Source of the DNA: Gammaproteobacteria bacterium
Lineage (GTDB): Bacteria > Pseudomonadota > Gammaproteobacteria > Pseudomonadales > JAUIET01
DNA length: 64,000 bases
Direction of reading: 5' to 3'
Assembly: GCA_030431775.1 (NCBI GenBank)
Contig: JAUIHW010000009.1
Coordinates: 46,525-110,524, forward strand
Of the stretch, positions 9,647 to 18,310 are shown in pieces; positions within the stretch are counted from its first letter, which is position 1; every line of letters begins with the position of its first letter. Below the pieces are notes generated by a model, which worked only from the letters and a program-made list of their open reading frames with translations, had not been told where the DNA came from and did no database searches. The position numbers and the translations under genes were made by a program.

Positions 9647-10120
9647 TTACTCAACACTACCCAGTTCGTTATCCCTTGCAATACGCCGGGCTTCATCTTC
9701 AATGCGAGCACGAAGCTCATCCAGCCTGCTCATAACCCTCTCCTGGCCCATTTCAGTAGTTTGGCGCAGAATAATTGGCTGCGCGGTCATAAGCTTCTGA
9801 CCAACTGGGGATTCATGAAATTCGATCAATTTATGAATCTCTGCTTCTGAAAAATGGTCCATATAAACATATGCATACTCATCACGAAGGCTTTCATAGC
9901 TTAATACTTCAGCGTAGTACTCTCGTAACACCTTGCGATAAGGCAACAATGTAGGATTGTTTTGCAGCTCCAGTTCCGCCATCTGTTCTATTGATTGCTC
10001 AAGAACCTCTTCTGATCGGCTTACCTCAAGCAATTTGTAAGCGGCTTGCATGTGGGAGCTGAGCTCGGCGGAGGCATTGAACGCCAATAAAATAGCTAGA
10101 GTACCGACAAGGTGTCTCAT
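9647..10120 (-). CDS. DUF2059-like secreted protein
   Basis: N-terminal signal peptide. HFSEAEIHKLIEFHESPVGQKL segment typical of DUF2059. Confidence 0.6.
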   Translation of the reverse strand: MRHLVGTLAILLAFNASAELSSHMQAAYKLLEVSRSEEVLEQSIEQMAELELQNNPTLLPYRKVLREYYAEVLSYESLRDEYAYVYMDHFSEAEIHKLIEFHESPVGQKLMTAQPIILRQTTEMGQERVMSRLDELRARIEDEARRIARDNELGSVE

Positions 10121-10402
10121 ATGAATTCCCCTTTAACTGTGCGGCCGTAATGGGTTTACCATATTCACAGCTTAGTTCAGGTTCGGCTACCAACAGCTTA
10201 AAAGTGGTAAGTTACTGCTGAACGGTATAATTAAACCGTTATGACGCGCGCCCTACGATCTGCACCAGGGTATCTACGCGGGCATAATACCTATTCACCC
10301 AGTCTTCCTCTGACGTGAAGCGATAACGTAGAGCTAGCTGCTAAAATCCAGCAAGATCGCTTAAGATAGAGATATCCAAACTGGACAGTACAGCTAGCGA
10401 AA

Positions 10403-10500
10403 CTGGTGACAGTTAACCTAATTATTCAACCCCTAGAGAGCCGCTTTCTCAGCCGACCCACTGGTCAAACAATTCATAAAATGGCACGGAGAAATAGGTA
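10403..10500 (+). repeat. 98-bp direct repeat, copy 1
   Basis: Hand alignment with 11853-11950 gives 93/98 identical positions. Confidence 0.9.
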
Positions 10501-10654
10501 TCTGTCCCCGGAACTCAATAAGTATGCGGTGGCGAACAGCAAAGACGCGGTTGAAATTCGTGATGCCGAACTCAATGAACGTGCGTTGATTCATGTTGCT
10601 AGTAGCCGCGCGATTGAACGATTGATAGTGACTTATCATGGTAAGCCAAGCTAA
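10406..10654 (+). pseudogene. possible remnant of a superfamily-1 helicase C-terminus
   Basis: The ORF tail ...ALIHVASSRAIERLIVTY resembles the terminal LYVAxTRAxxxLxxxY motif of UvrD-like/DUF2075 helicases. The rest of such a gene is absent. The 5' part of the ORF is the repeat itself. Confidence 0.3.
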
Positions 10655-10855
10655 TATCTCGGGGTTTTAGGCTGAAGTTACATTGGCTCACTGCTTAGGG
10701 TGGATAATGGCAATACAACACTGCAGCTGGAAAATTAGTGAACCGCGTTGCCTGGTCGATGAATTCATACAGCCTGACATGAAGTTGTCGGGGGACCACA
10801 AGCGCGCCGCCCAGGATGGGTTGGATGCGGCTGGGAATTGATGTATTCATAAGCG

Positions 10856-11728
10856 ATGAATAGCGAAGAGCAGCAACTACCTCTATTTGATACCGATCCC
10901 GACAGTCAGTTTCCAAGTGCAGAGGAGTTGCCTACTGCAGTCTCAGTAGGCTCTGAATTTAGTAAGTACATCGTGTATGTTGATGAGAGCGGGGATCATG
11001 GCCTAAAAAGCATTGATGAGCACTACCCCGTGTTCGTTCTGGCATTCTGCATTTTTCATAAGCGCCACTACAGTGAGGCCATAGTCCCTGCATTGGAGAA
11101 GTTCAAATTCAATTGGTTTGGTCATGACCAGATAATTTTGCATGAGAACGAAATTCGAAAGGAATCTGGCGCTTTCAATATCTTTAAAAGCAAGGAGGAA
11201 AACCTCGAGTTTCTTGATCAATTGACGGGGATAATAGAGCGAAGCAACTTTGTGCTGGTTAGTTGCACTATTGATAAGCGTGCACTCAGAAATCGGGGAG
11301 AGTCAGGTTCTAACCCGTATCACATAGCGCTTGCTTCTTGCATGGAATCATTGCACGGCTTCCTTGAGGAAAAAAGTCAGGGTGAGAGAAAAACACACGT
11401 AGTGTTCGAATGCCGCGGCAAGAAAGAGGATCAGAAACTTGAGTTGGAATTTCGGCGTATCTGTGATGGCAACAACAGTTTAGGTATCAACCTACCTTTT
11501 GAGATCCAATTCTCCGATAAAAAAGCCATGTCTTCCGGCTTGCAACTGGCGGATCTTGTCGCTCGGCCAATTGGGCTGAGTACGCTGAAACCCGATCAAC
11601 ACAATCGAGCGTTTGAGGTTCTAAAATGCAAATTCTACTGCGAAGGTGGAAGAGAAAGTGTCGGTGAGGGTTACGAGGGAGTGGGCATGAAGATTTACCC
11701 TGCCCCAGAAAGCGAAAAGTCCCGGTGA
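10856..11728 (+). CDS. DUF3800 domain protein
   Basis: YIVYVDESGDHG N-terminal motif and overall pattern typical of DUF3800. Confidence 0.75.
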   Translation: MNSEEQQLPLFDTDPDSQFPSAEELPTAVSVGSEFSKYIVYVDESGDHGLKSIDEHYPVFVLAFCIFHKRHYSEAIVPALEKFKFNWFGHDQIILHENEIRKESGAFNIFKSKEENLEFLDQLTGIIERSNFVLVSCTIDKRALRNRGESGSNPYHIALASCMESLHGFLEEKSQGERKTHVVFECRGKKEDQKLELEFRRICDGNNSLGINLPFEIQFSDKKAMSSGLQLADLVARPIGLSTLKPDQHNRAFEVLKCKFYCEGGRESVGEGYEGVGMKIYPAPESEKSR

Positions 11729-11852
11729 ACCCACCGAGACTATAGCGCCGACCGGGCACCCCCAATCCACTTACCGTACAGTATATATCAAAATGATTCA
11801 CCAGAATGCCATTGGGTCGGCTAGGTTTGTCAACTTTTGTTCATTCTGGAAT

Positions 11853-11950
11853 CTGGGGACAGTTAACTTAATTATTCAACCCCTAGAGAGCTGCTTTCTC
11901 AGCCGACTCACTGGTCAAACAATTCATAAAATAGCACGGAGAAATAGGTA
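11853..11950 (+). repeat. 98-bp direct repeat, copy 2
   Basis: See copy 1. Ends 48 nt upstream of the DUF1993 gene start. Confidence 0.9.
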
Positions 11951-11997
11951 AACTTGTATCCGGAATTCAACCAACCACCAACTAAGGAATCACTTCC

Positions 11998-12576
11998 ATG
12001 GCCAACTCCATGTATAAATCGAGCGTTCAGGTTTACACCCACAACCTGAAGAATTTAGCCGCGATGTTGAAAACCGCTGAGAAAGACGCGAAAGCACGAG
12101 GTATAGACTCGTCGGTCATGGTGAACGCACGGCTCGCGCCGGACATGTTGCCGTTGGTGTCACAGGTGCAGATGGTGAGCGACAACGCCAAGGGCGCTTG
12201 TGCGCGGCTGGCTGGTGTTGAACCACCCGCATTCAAAGACAATGAAACGACCTTTGCCGAGCTGCAAGACCGCATCAAGCGCACGCTGGCGTTTATCCGC
12301 ACATTGAAAGCCAAACAGTTCGAAGGGGCTGAAAGCCGTGAAGTAGTGATGACGCTTCCTGTCGGCAAGCTAACGTTCAACGGCGCTGATTACCTGAATG
12401 GTTTTGCGCTGCCAAACTTTTACTTCCACATTACTACGGCGTACAACATTCTGCGCCACAATGGCGTGGGCCTGGGCAAAATGGATTTTCTTGGCAATGT
12501 GCCTGGCATGCAAGCCAGCGGAAAGTTAGCCAAGATGATGGGCAAGCAGCCTAAGAAGAAAGCAAAGGCAAAATAA
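11998..12576 (+). CDS. DUF1993 (DinB/YfiT-like) protein with Lys-rich tail
   Basis: LAPDMLPL...NFYFHITTAYNILRHNGVGLGKMDFLG is characteristic of DUF1993. Confidence 0.75.
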   Translation: MANSMYKSSVQVYTHNLKNLAAMLKTAEKDAKARGIDSSVMVNARLAPDMLPLVSQVQMVSDNAKGACARLAGVEPPAFKDNETTFAELQDRIKRTLAFIRTLKAKQFEGAESREVVMTLPVGKLTFNGADYLNGFALPNFYFHITTAYNILRHNGVGLGKMDFLGNVPGMQASGKLAKMMGKQPKKKAKAK

Positions 12577-12579
12577 TCG

Positions 12580-13353
12580 CTACTCAGTTGTTGCCGGGTC
12601 TGGCCGTACGGCCAGACCTTCTGCCACTGCCCCCAGGGCCTTAACGTTAATCGCAAAGCCCATATGGCTGGAGTCCACCTGCACATACTCGATGTTCTCT
12701 GCGTCGGCTAAGCGGGCTATTGCGGTACCTACAATGCCATCGCGCCGGCTGTAGATAACGCGCGTGGGCACGGGGGGTGCGGCGGCTTTGTTGAGCCAGC
12801 TGGAGAAGTCCTGCTGGTCGATCGGTACGGTGCTGCCGCTCAGGCGGCGCATTATCTTGAACAGGCTGGTGCCGCGCGGGTCGCCGAAGGGCGAGCCGAG
12901 GGTGATGACCTGGCGGATGCGTTCGGGAATTTCCCGGGCGCTGTCAAGGGCGTACAGGCCGCCCATGCTCCAGCCCACCAGGCTAACGGCCTGGCCGGTT
13001 TGGTCGTGAATGTCTTTTACGCGTTCAATAATGGGAGTGACCATGCTTTCGCGAAAACGGGTGGCGTCGTCAATGCTTTTAATACGGTCGGCTTCGGCTT
13101 CTACGTTGCGGCCCATGCCAAGGGCGTGGGCCTGGTAGCCGATGCGCTTCAGGAAATGTCTGAGGGCGAATGTGGAGCCGTCGGCGGCGCCGTAGCCTGG
13201 CAGCACCAGCACCGGGTGGCCATCACCGCGCGGGGTGTTTCGAATCAGGCGCTCGAGGCCAGTGATCAGGTTCACGCTTTCCAGAGTGGCTCTGGGCAGT
13301 TCGGTGAGCGTGTGGTTCAGCGGCGGTGGGGCGGCGGCTGGTAGTGCGGTCAT
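12580..13353 (-). CDS. alpha/beta hydrolase
   Basis: Nucleophile elbow GWSMGG. Typical alpha/beta fold length. Confidence 0.7.
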   Translation of the reverse strand: MTALPAAAPPPLNHTLTELPRATLESVNLITGLERLIRNTPRGDGHPVLVLPGYGAADGSTFALRHFLKRIGYQAHALGMGRNVEAEADRIKSIDDATRFRESMVTPIIERVKDIHDQTGQAVSLVGWSMGGLYALDSAREIPERIRQVITLGSPFGDPRGTSLFKIMRRLSGSTVPIDQQDFSSWLNKAAAPPVPTRVIYSRRDGIVGTAIARLADAENIEYVQVDSSHMGFAINVKALGAVAEGLAVRPDPATTE

Positions 13354-13494
13354 GGTCGGGTCCTGATCTGCGTTAGTGTGGTAACTAACGCAGTGCTAGG
13401 CTGGCCGGATCATTCTAGTGGGCTGAATTGGCTTACATTCTGGAAGGGTGCGGCCATTAATTTGTTTATGACGGTGCCACCAGGCACCCAAGCG

Positions 13495-14034
13495 CTACCA
13501 CATCAAATCATCGGGAATTTGATAGTCTGCATACGGGTCATCTTCATCCACTTCTTGCGTACCCGCAACATTCTGCAGCAACACAACGCTGTCATCGCGC
13601 TGCTTTATTTTGTCGGCCACCTGCGTGGGCACTAATTCGTAGTTGCCGCCATTTACCACAATCGCGATCTGGCCGTGGCTGAGCTGATTTTGCAGTAGGG
13701 GCGTGACGTACAGTTTTTTGATCTTTTTGCCGTGCGTGAATTGGTAGGCGATGTCGCCGTTCTTGCGGTCAATTCGATTGGTATCGATGAGTTGCTTAAT
13801 CTGCGCGGCTATCGCTTTTTCGTTGGCTGCTTGCTGGCGTTGGCGGTTGGCTTCCTTGTCCCGGGCGATGCGTTCGGCCCTGGCCTCGCGTGCCCGCAGT
13901 TGGGCTTCAGTTTCCTGAGCGGCCTGGCCCTTGGGCTGCTGCCTGGCTTCCTTCCGTTGCTGCTTCTGAATCTGTTTGGCTTTCTTCTCGTCAACCATGC
14001 CGGCCTTGAGAAGTTGGTCTTGTAGTGACTTCAT
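13495..14034 (-). CDS. DUF2058 (YaiL-like) protein
   Basis: MKSLQDQLLKAGMVDEKKAKQ start, Lys/Gln/Arg-rich middle, conserved C-terminal domain. Confidence 0.7.
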   Translation of the reverse strand: MKSLQDQLLKAGMVDEKKAKQIQKQQRKEARQQPKGQAAQETEAQLRAREARAERIARDKEANRQRQQAANEKAIAAQIKQLIDTNRIDRKNGDIAYQFTHGKKIKKLYVTPLLQNQLSHGQIAIVVNGGNYELVPTQVADKIKQRDDSVVLLQNVAGTQEVDEDDPYADYQIPDDLMW

Positions 14035-14050
14035 GGAGTCAGCCGCTAAG

Positions 14051-14063
14051 TGGTGCCAGGGGC
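14051..14063 (+). repeat. candidate distal att repeat of the island
   Basis: TGGTGCCAGGGGC versus TGGTGCCCAGGGGC at 24739-24752 (the tRNA-Phe 3' end); one base is missing. The composition shift starts just to the right. Confidence 0.45.
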
Positions 14064-14337
14064 TCTACCGCATACATAAGCCAAGACATTGTTTTGTTAC
14101 AATAAATTTCCGTCAGGATAAAATAGATGCCATCAGATATACCATCTGCTCACCCAGAACAGGCGTTCATTTTATACCATGCATGGGATGTTCGGGTGCT
14201 CAATATTCTCTGCTAATGCTACAAATTGGGTTGGCGAAGGTATGCAGGCATCGAGGGATCTACCCAGAACCACCAGATGGTGTCATAAGGCTGGCTTTAT
14301 CGTCCAACTCAGTTTCAAGCATCTGTTTTCCTTTCTG

Positions 14338-14925
14338 TTAATTGGCCGATTGATTATATTCACTCGTCTCTTTCTCTTTTTTCTCAGCTTCATCAAGCAA
14401 ACCTTGGTAGATAGTGAAATACTCAGAGGTTTCAAAGCTGTTTTTGTACACATCTTCGTAGACAAGTTGAAGTTTTAGAGGAATGATCGCTCGCCACATG
14501 TCATTGCGGTTATCCTGAAATTCGAGACTCGGTTTTTCGCTAGTTTGAAATAGCAATAGGTCAAATTTTTTGCCTGGTTGAAGCGCAACATTTTTCAAAC
14601 CTTTCTTGTAATCATTCCACTTCATATCGTGTTTAAGTGGGTCAGGCATAAGCTCAATAAGCGACGTTGCTTCTCGAGTAGGATTGGTAGTATCGATAAC
14701 AGTGACTGACTGAACAATCATTGGACCTGCACCCCGATTCTCCAGCTCTACTCCAAATTTGTTCTGATAAGTTAGCCGGTTAACACTATGAATAGGCAAA
14801 AGAGATTTGTGATTGTGTTCTCGCTGTACGCTTAGGGCTTCCCGTGCCTGCCAGATTGCTATGCAGGATACGAGAAGCGCCAACACGGCAACTAGTGCTT
14901 CTGGGTGATTTCTTAGATATTCCAT
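14338..14925 (-). CDS. hypothetical single-pass membrane protein
   Basis: One N-terminal TM helix (ALVAVLALLVSCIAIW) followed by a beta-rich soluble part. I chose the ATG at 14925; the ORF track starts at 14961. Confidence 0.55.
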   Translation of the reverse strand: MEYLRNHPEALVAVLALLVSCIAIWQAREALSVQREHNHKSLLPIHSVNRLTYQNKFGVELENRGAGPMIVQSVTVIDTTNPTREATSLIELMPDPLKHDMKWNDYKKGLKNVALQPGKKFDLLLFQTSEKPSLEFQDNRNDMWRAIIPLKLQLVYEDVYKNSFETSEYFTIYQGLLDEAEKKEKETSEYNQSAN

Positions 14926-14982
14926 CACGTGTATAGATCTCCTGAATTGCAGTACTCCCAATGTAAAATAGGTGCATGCATG

Positions 14983-15600
14983 TTATCCAAACAACCCGGC
15001 GCGTTCAGTGCGAACACCACTTAGGTGGTTCATTTTAATCCAGAGATTTGTTCTTAAGGAGTGATGCTCAGGCTGCACCAACTCTATAAGATAGTCGCAA
15101 AAACTTGCTTCAAGCGCTTTGTGGAATCTGCGCACGTCAAGTGTGTAACCCTCGCGGTCGTCGCTAGATACTTTGCGAAGCATCGTACTTTGATTGCGGC
15201 GAACAAGCCACATATTCTTTGCTTCCGCTTGATGTAACAATCCGCAGCGAATATCTTCATAGAATTTGGTACGAGCTTCCTCATCGAAATCCGGTTGGAA
15301 CTTACTCCCAGTTAAATATGTTGTTACTAGCGCGCGAGATCGTCTAGTTCCATCAGTGCACCCTTCGCGAAATTGCTGAAGCGCCTCTATCAGCAGGCAA
15401 TCAATTGCTAGAACCGTAAACCCTGAATTTTCATCCTCCAAGCATCGCCGGGCAAACTTTAGAAATCGCCCATCAAGTCTATCTTGCACAATATCTACAG
15501 CCCTTCGCCAGTCGGCTTCTGAATCTTCACGCAAATGTCCCCATTGTTCGCAATTGTAGTTCGGCGAAATTCTCAACGGTCCGTCATCATAGTAACCCAC
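14983..15600 (-). CDS. hypothetical protein with RX4H (HEPN-like) motif
   Basis: 205 aa, predicted mostly helical. R118-C-G-L-L-H123 followed by QAE resembles the HEPN RX4-6H signature. No other recognisable domain. Confidence 0.35.
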   Translation of the reverse strand: MGYYDDGPLRISPNYNCEQWGHLREDSEADWRRAVDIVQDRLDGRFLKFARRCLEDENSGFTVLAIDCLLIEALQQFREGCTDGTRRSRALVTTYLTGSKFQPDFDEEARTKFYEDIRCGLLHQAEAKNMWLVRRNQSTMLRKVSSDDREGYTLDVRRFHKALEASFCDYLIELVQPEHHSLRTNLWIKMNHLSGVRTERAGLFG

Positions 15601-15720
15601 AGTATTTCTCCCTCCAATCTGATATTCGTGCCAGCTTGGATAATTATACGTTTGGGCAAATCTATGCGAAATGGTAGAACCGCAAGCCAGTATGGCGGCG
15701 AGAAATGAAATGAATGTTTA

Positions 15721-15766
15721 GATATTTGAAATAGATAACGTTATCGACTTAATGATATTTCAAATG
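15721..15766 (-). promoter_or_regulatory. operator-like palindrome cluster upstream of the 14983-15600 gene
   Basis: Perfect 12-bp palindrome GATAACGTTATC (15734-15745), flanked by GATATTTGAAAT and GATATTTCAAAT. Lies in a 247-bp AT-rich gap. Confidence 0.4.
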
Positions 15767-15847
15767 TAGCTACCAGTGTGACAATATTGCCTTCTCAGAA
15801 AAATGTGTTTCCGCAAAGTGTTGGTTTGGCTGGCGTCTACTATGACG

Positions 15848-16459
15848 TCATACCTTCAGGACTTTATTTACTCTTTCTGGTGAGTTTCCAGATAGCCGCG
15901 CAATTTGCTTGCAAATGCGCTCCAAACGATTTTTGTGTTTCGATTTTTTCTTTCTATATTGAACAGCACTTTCCACAAGTACGAATAGCAGATGCCTCTG
16001 CGCTTCACGATATCGCAAGGCCTCATCGTTATTAAGTCTCAGCAATTCAACGGCAAGCAAACCCATTGAGCTACGAGACTTGATAAAGTGTGAATCAAAA
16101 ACTAGATGCTCAGACATATTAGTATCACATGGGTTAGGCACCTGCTTACTCGGGCTGTCTGACCAATAATTCTTTTTGAATCTATTGCAGCTAGCGCACG
16201 AGTAGAATAAATTGGTGTAGCGGCTTTCCAATTCAGGAAATAAGGATTTTGGCCGGTAATGCTCCACATGAAAGGAGCTTGTATCTTGATCGAGGTCATG
16301 CGCTCTACAGTACACACAGTGGTTCGCAAACTCTGCTTTAAGGTAAGGCTTGTATTTTCGGTAGTCGTTGTAGCTTGGGGGAGTTAACGTTCTCTTGTGA
16401 ATTGCTGTGGGGTACTTAAAAGGGTCTATTTTTGAAAAGCACTTCCACTCTGCGCTCAT
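15848..16459 (-). CDS. HNH endonuclease (TIGR02646-like, CX2C...H-N-H...CX2C)
   Basis: CVYC ... FHVEHYRPKS ... YTNLFYSCASCNRFK. Start is 4 nt after the upstream stop. Confidence 0.75.
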   Translation of the reverse strand: MSAEWKCFSKIDPFKYPTAIHKRTLTPPSYNDYRKYKPYLKAEFANHCVYCRAHDLDQDTSSFHVEHYRPKSLFPELESRYTNLFYSCASCNRFKKNYWSDSPSKQVPNPCDTNMSEHLVFDSHFIKSRSSMGLLAVELLRLNNDEALRYREAQRHLLFVLVESAVQYRKKKSKHKNRLERICKQIARLSGNSPERVNKVLKV

Positions 16460-16462
16460 TGA

Positions 16463-16882
16463 TCACTTTTCCGGCTGCTCTAAAAGCTCATTGACTAACT
16501 CATAAGATTCTTTCAATAGACTCCAATGATCTTCAGAGTATCGAAAATATTTCAAGTCAGCTATTTGATTTAGAATCTGGAGGCGAGCGTCATCCTCGCG
16601 GTTTAGCTCAAGACTGTCTGTAGCATACTTTTTGGCAATAAGAGCGATTCTGTCGCTAAGGTCTTGGTCAGTTTCCAGCTCGATATCCACAGAACGATCG
16701 AAGTAGTTTGAGCCCAAAGATATTTGCGGGCTCCAATCCATTGCGTCTTCGTCATACAAAGATACTGTTGCATCGCTTCGATATGAACCAACTATGCTTG
16801 TAGAACTTACAGCTGGCCACCACTCGCTTCTGCCAGAAATAAAAGGCGAATCTTCTAAATACTCAGCTATTTGCAACGCCAC
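16463..16882 (-). CDS. small acidic hypothetical protein
   Basis: 139 aa, rich in Asp/Glu, no recognisable motif. Its start overlaps the upstream gene by 20 nt. Confidence 0.55.
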   Translation of the reverse strand: MALQIAEYLEDSPFISGRSEWWPAVSSTSIVGSYRSDATVSLYDEDAMDWSPQISLGSNYFDRSVDIELETDQDLSDRIALIAKKYATDSLELNREDDARLQILNQIADLKYFRYSEDHWSLLKESYELVNELLEQPEK

Positions 16883-17636
16883 TTCTCAATGCCTCCTTTG
16901 CTTTCTCGCCTAATGACCACCAAAAAAAGGGAAAATGAAGCTTGTGATAGTCATCTAACAAATCTATACAAGCATCAGCTTCAACATCTTCATTAAAATA
17001 GTCATAATCCAGAATAAAGTGCCTACTTTTCACTTCAGGTGGTGCTAAACCATATCTAAAACCGTACCTCCCCCCGCATTCAAGAGGCCCGGTAATCTCA
17101 TTCTTCATGGTGAAAACAGACCCGATCTCCGTTCCAATCGGACGAACCAAATCACTGTTGATCCAGTCGGCAAGGTCATTGCCGTCTGCACTTATGTCTT
17201 TGATATTGTTAATGAAGCGAAGTCCAATGCGGGTGAAAAATGGTGCTTTAAGGCTAGGGATACAATTATCAAGCACGTACTTAAAGTTATTCAAAAAATT
17301 CTCGAAAGACTGGTAGTCATGTGTGGAAAGCACAACCCGTGAGGATGTAACTTCTATCTTGAAATTATTTTGTCGATTGGAAAAAGAGAAAACTGCCTCC
17401 GGTTCAGTTACGCCTGCTGGAGTAACTTGGCGAGTTTCACCTGCTTCATATCTGGGGAAGTCTTTACGCAATTTGTCGGAGATTTCCGGTATTGCTGTTT
17501 CTTTCAAGTGCAGGTAGGTTGGATAGCGTATCTCGACAATGACCTGGTCGAGGTAGTTCTTATCAAATACCTCGCGGGGCACTTCAGGAAACTGAAAATA
17601 CTGGTTGGAGTTGACGGGTTTTCTCATCTCGCTCAT
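16863..17636 (-). CDS. TIGR04255-like uncharacterised protein
   Basis: YLDQVIVEIRYP near the N-terminus and a central RIGLRFINNI segment recall the TIGR04255 family. I chose the ATG at 17636; the ORF track starts at 17687. Confidence 0.5.
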   Translation of the reverse strand: MSEMRKPVNSNQYFQFPEVPREVFDKNYLDQVIVEIRYPTYLHLKETAIPEISDKLRKDFPRYEAGETRQVTPAGVTEPEAVFSFSNRQNNFKIEVTSSRVVLSTHDYQSFENFLNNFKYVLDNCIPSLKAPFFTRIGLRFINNIKDISADGNDLADWINSDLVRPIGTEIGSVFTMKNEITGPLECGGRYGFRYGLAPPEVKSRHFILDYDYFNEDVEADACIDLLDDYHKLHFPFFWWSLGEKAKEALRSGVANS

Positions 17637-17872
17637 CAGTGAGTTGCCAGATTGTATCTGGAAGCTTGAATAAGCATTTCTATGCAAGGATATCAGGATA
17701 GCATACCTAGCGATTCTTGTTGGTGATTAGAGGCGCGTTGTATCGGTAAGCCGCCAGCGCGATAATCTAAATATTGCTACCAAAAACGATTATATTTCAG
17801 CTACTTATGATCTGCACAAATGAGAAGCGTAAAGACTGACGGGTACTTTCTCATAAACTTGGCACATTACTT

Positions 17873-18220
17873 TCACCCTCTCAGGTTGTAGTAGGGACCT
17901 AGAAACCAATATTCAGCACCGCCCTTGGCCGTTCCAGACCGGCTTCTATCCAGGATGCCCATCGTCTTATCCGTGGCCCAGCCGAGCTTCTGAACGGTAC
18001 CCATGGAGCCCTTGCCAAGCACCCTATAGGCCGAGCTGGTCCCTTCATGGCTGGCGTCTTGGAACGCGCTTTCTAGATGATTGGTCGTTGTCACGATCTC
18101 TTGCAAGATCTCCTGTAGGGCCACCATTTCTGCCGGCGTACAGGTTCGTGGTGTGCTGCTCATGATTCCCCCTCCATTCCGGCCAGCATTGGCGCGTTGT
18201 CGGGTAAAGAATTTATTCAT
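17873..18220 (-). CDS. hypothetical protein
   Basis: ORF only. Co-oriented with the island core. No motif recognised. Confidence 0.35.
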   Translation of the reverse strand: MNKFFTRQRANAGRNGGGIMSSTPRTCTPAEMVALQEILQEIVTTTNHLESAFQDASHEGTSSAYRVLGKGSMGTVQKLGWATDKTMGILDRSRSGTAKGGAEYWFLGPYYNLRG

Positions 18221-18310
18221 CGTTCAGTCCGCAATCGTGGTAAGCAAGCAATCTGTTTCATGGTTAAAGCAATAGATATGCAATGACTCCTCGCCTGTAA
18301 ATCGCTTGTA

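Noticed and set aside
10121-10405. A 285-bp spacer containing a minus-strand LYVIASR-like translation, as a second helicase fragment.
   Set aside because: The match is only seven residues and is followed by an immediate stop. That is too short to distinguish from chance.
10403-10500. The 98-bp repeat as an integron attC site or a known riboswitch.
   Set aside because: GTTAACC does not fit the GTTRRRY core. There is no inverse core, no extended imperfect palindrome and no integron integrase. I could not fold it into any riboswitch architecture I recognise.
10695-10916. 73-aa minus-strand ORF overlapping the DUF3800 gene start.
   Set aside because: It has no motif, overlaps the 5' end of a well-supported gene, and lies in a spacer that is likely promoter DNA.
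15848-17687. Possibility that the island's HNH operon is a Septu (PtuAB) or retron-type system.
   Set aside because: I find no ATPase (Walker A/B) gene, no reverse transcriptase and no msr/msd-like structured region anywhere in the island. Only the HNH component resembles those systems.
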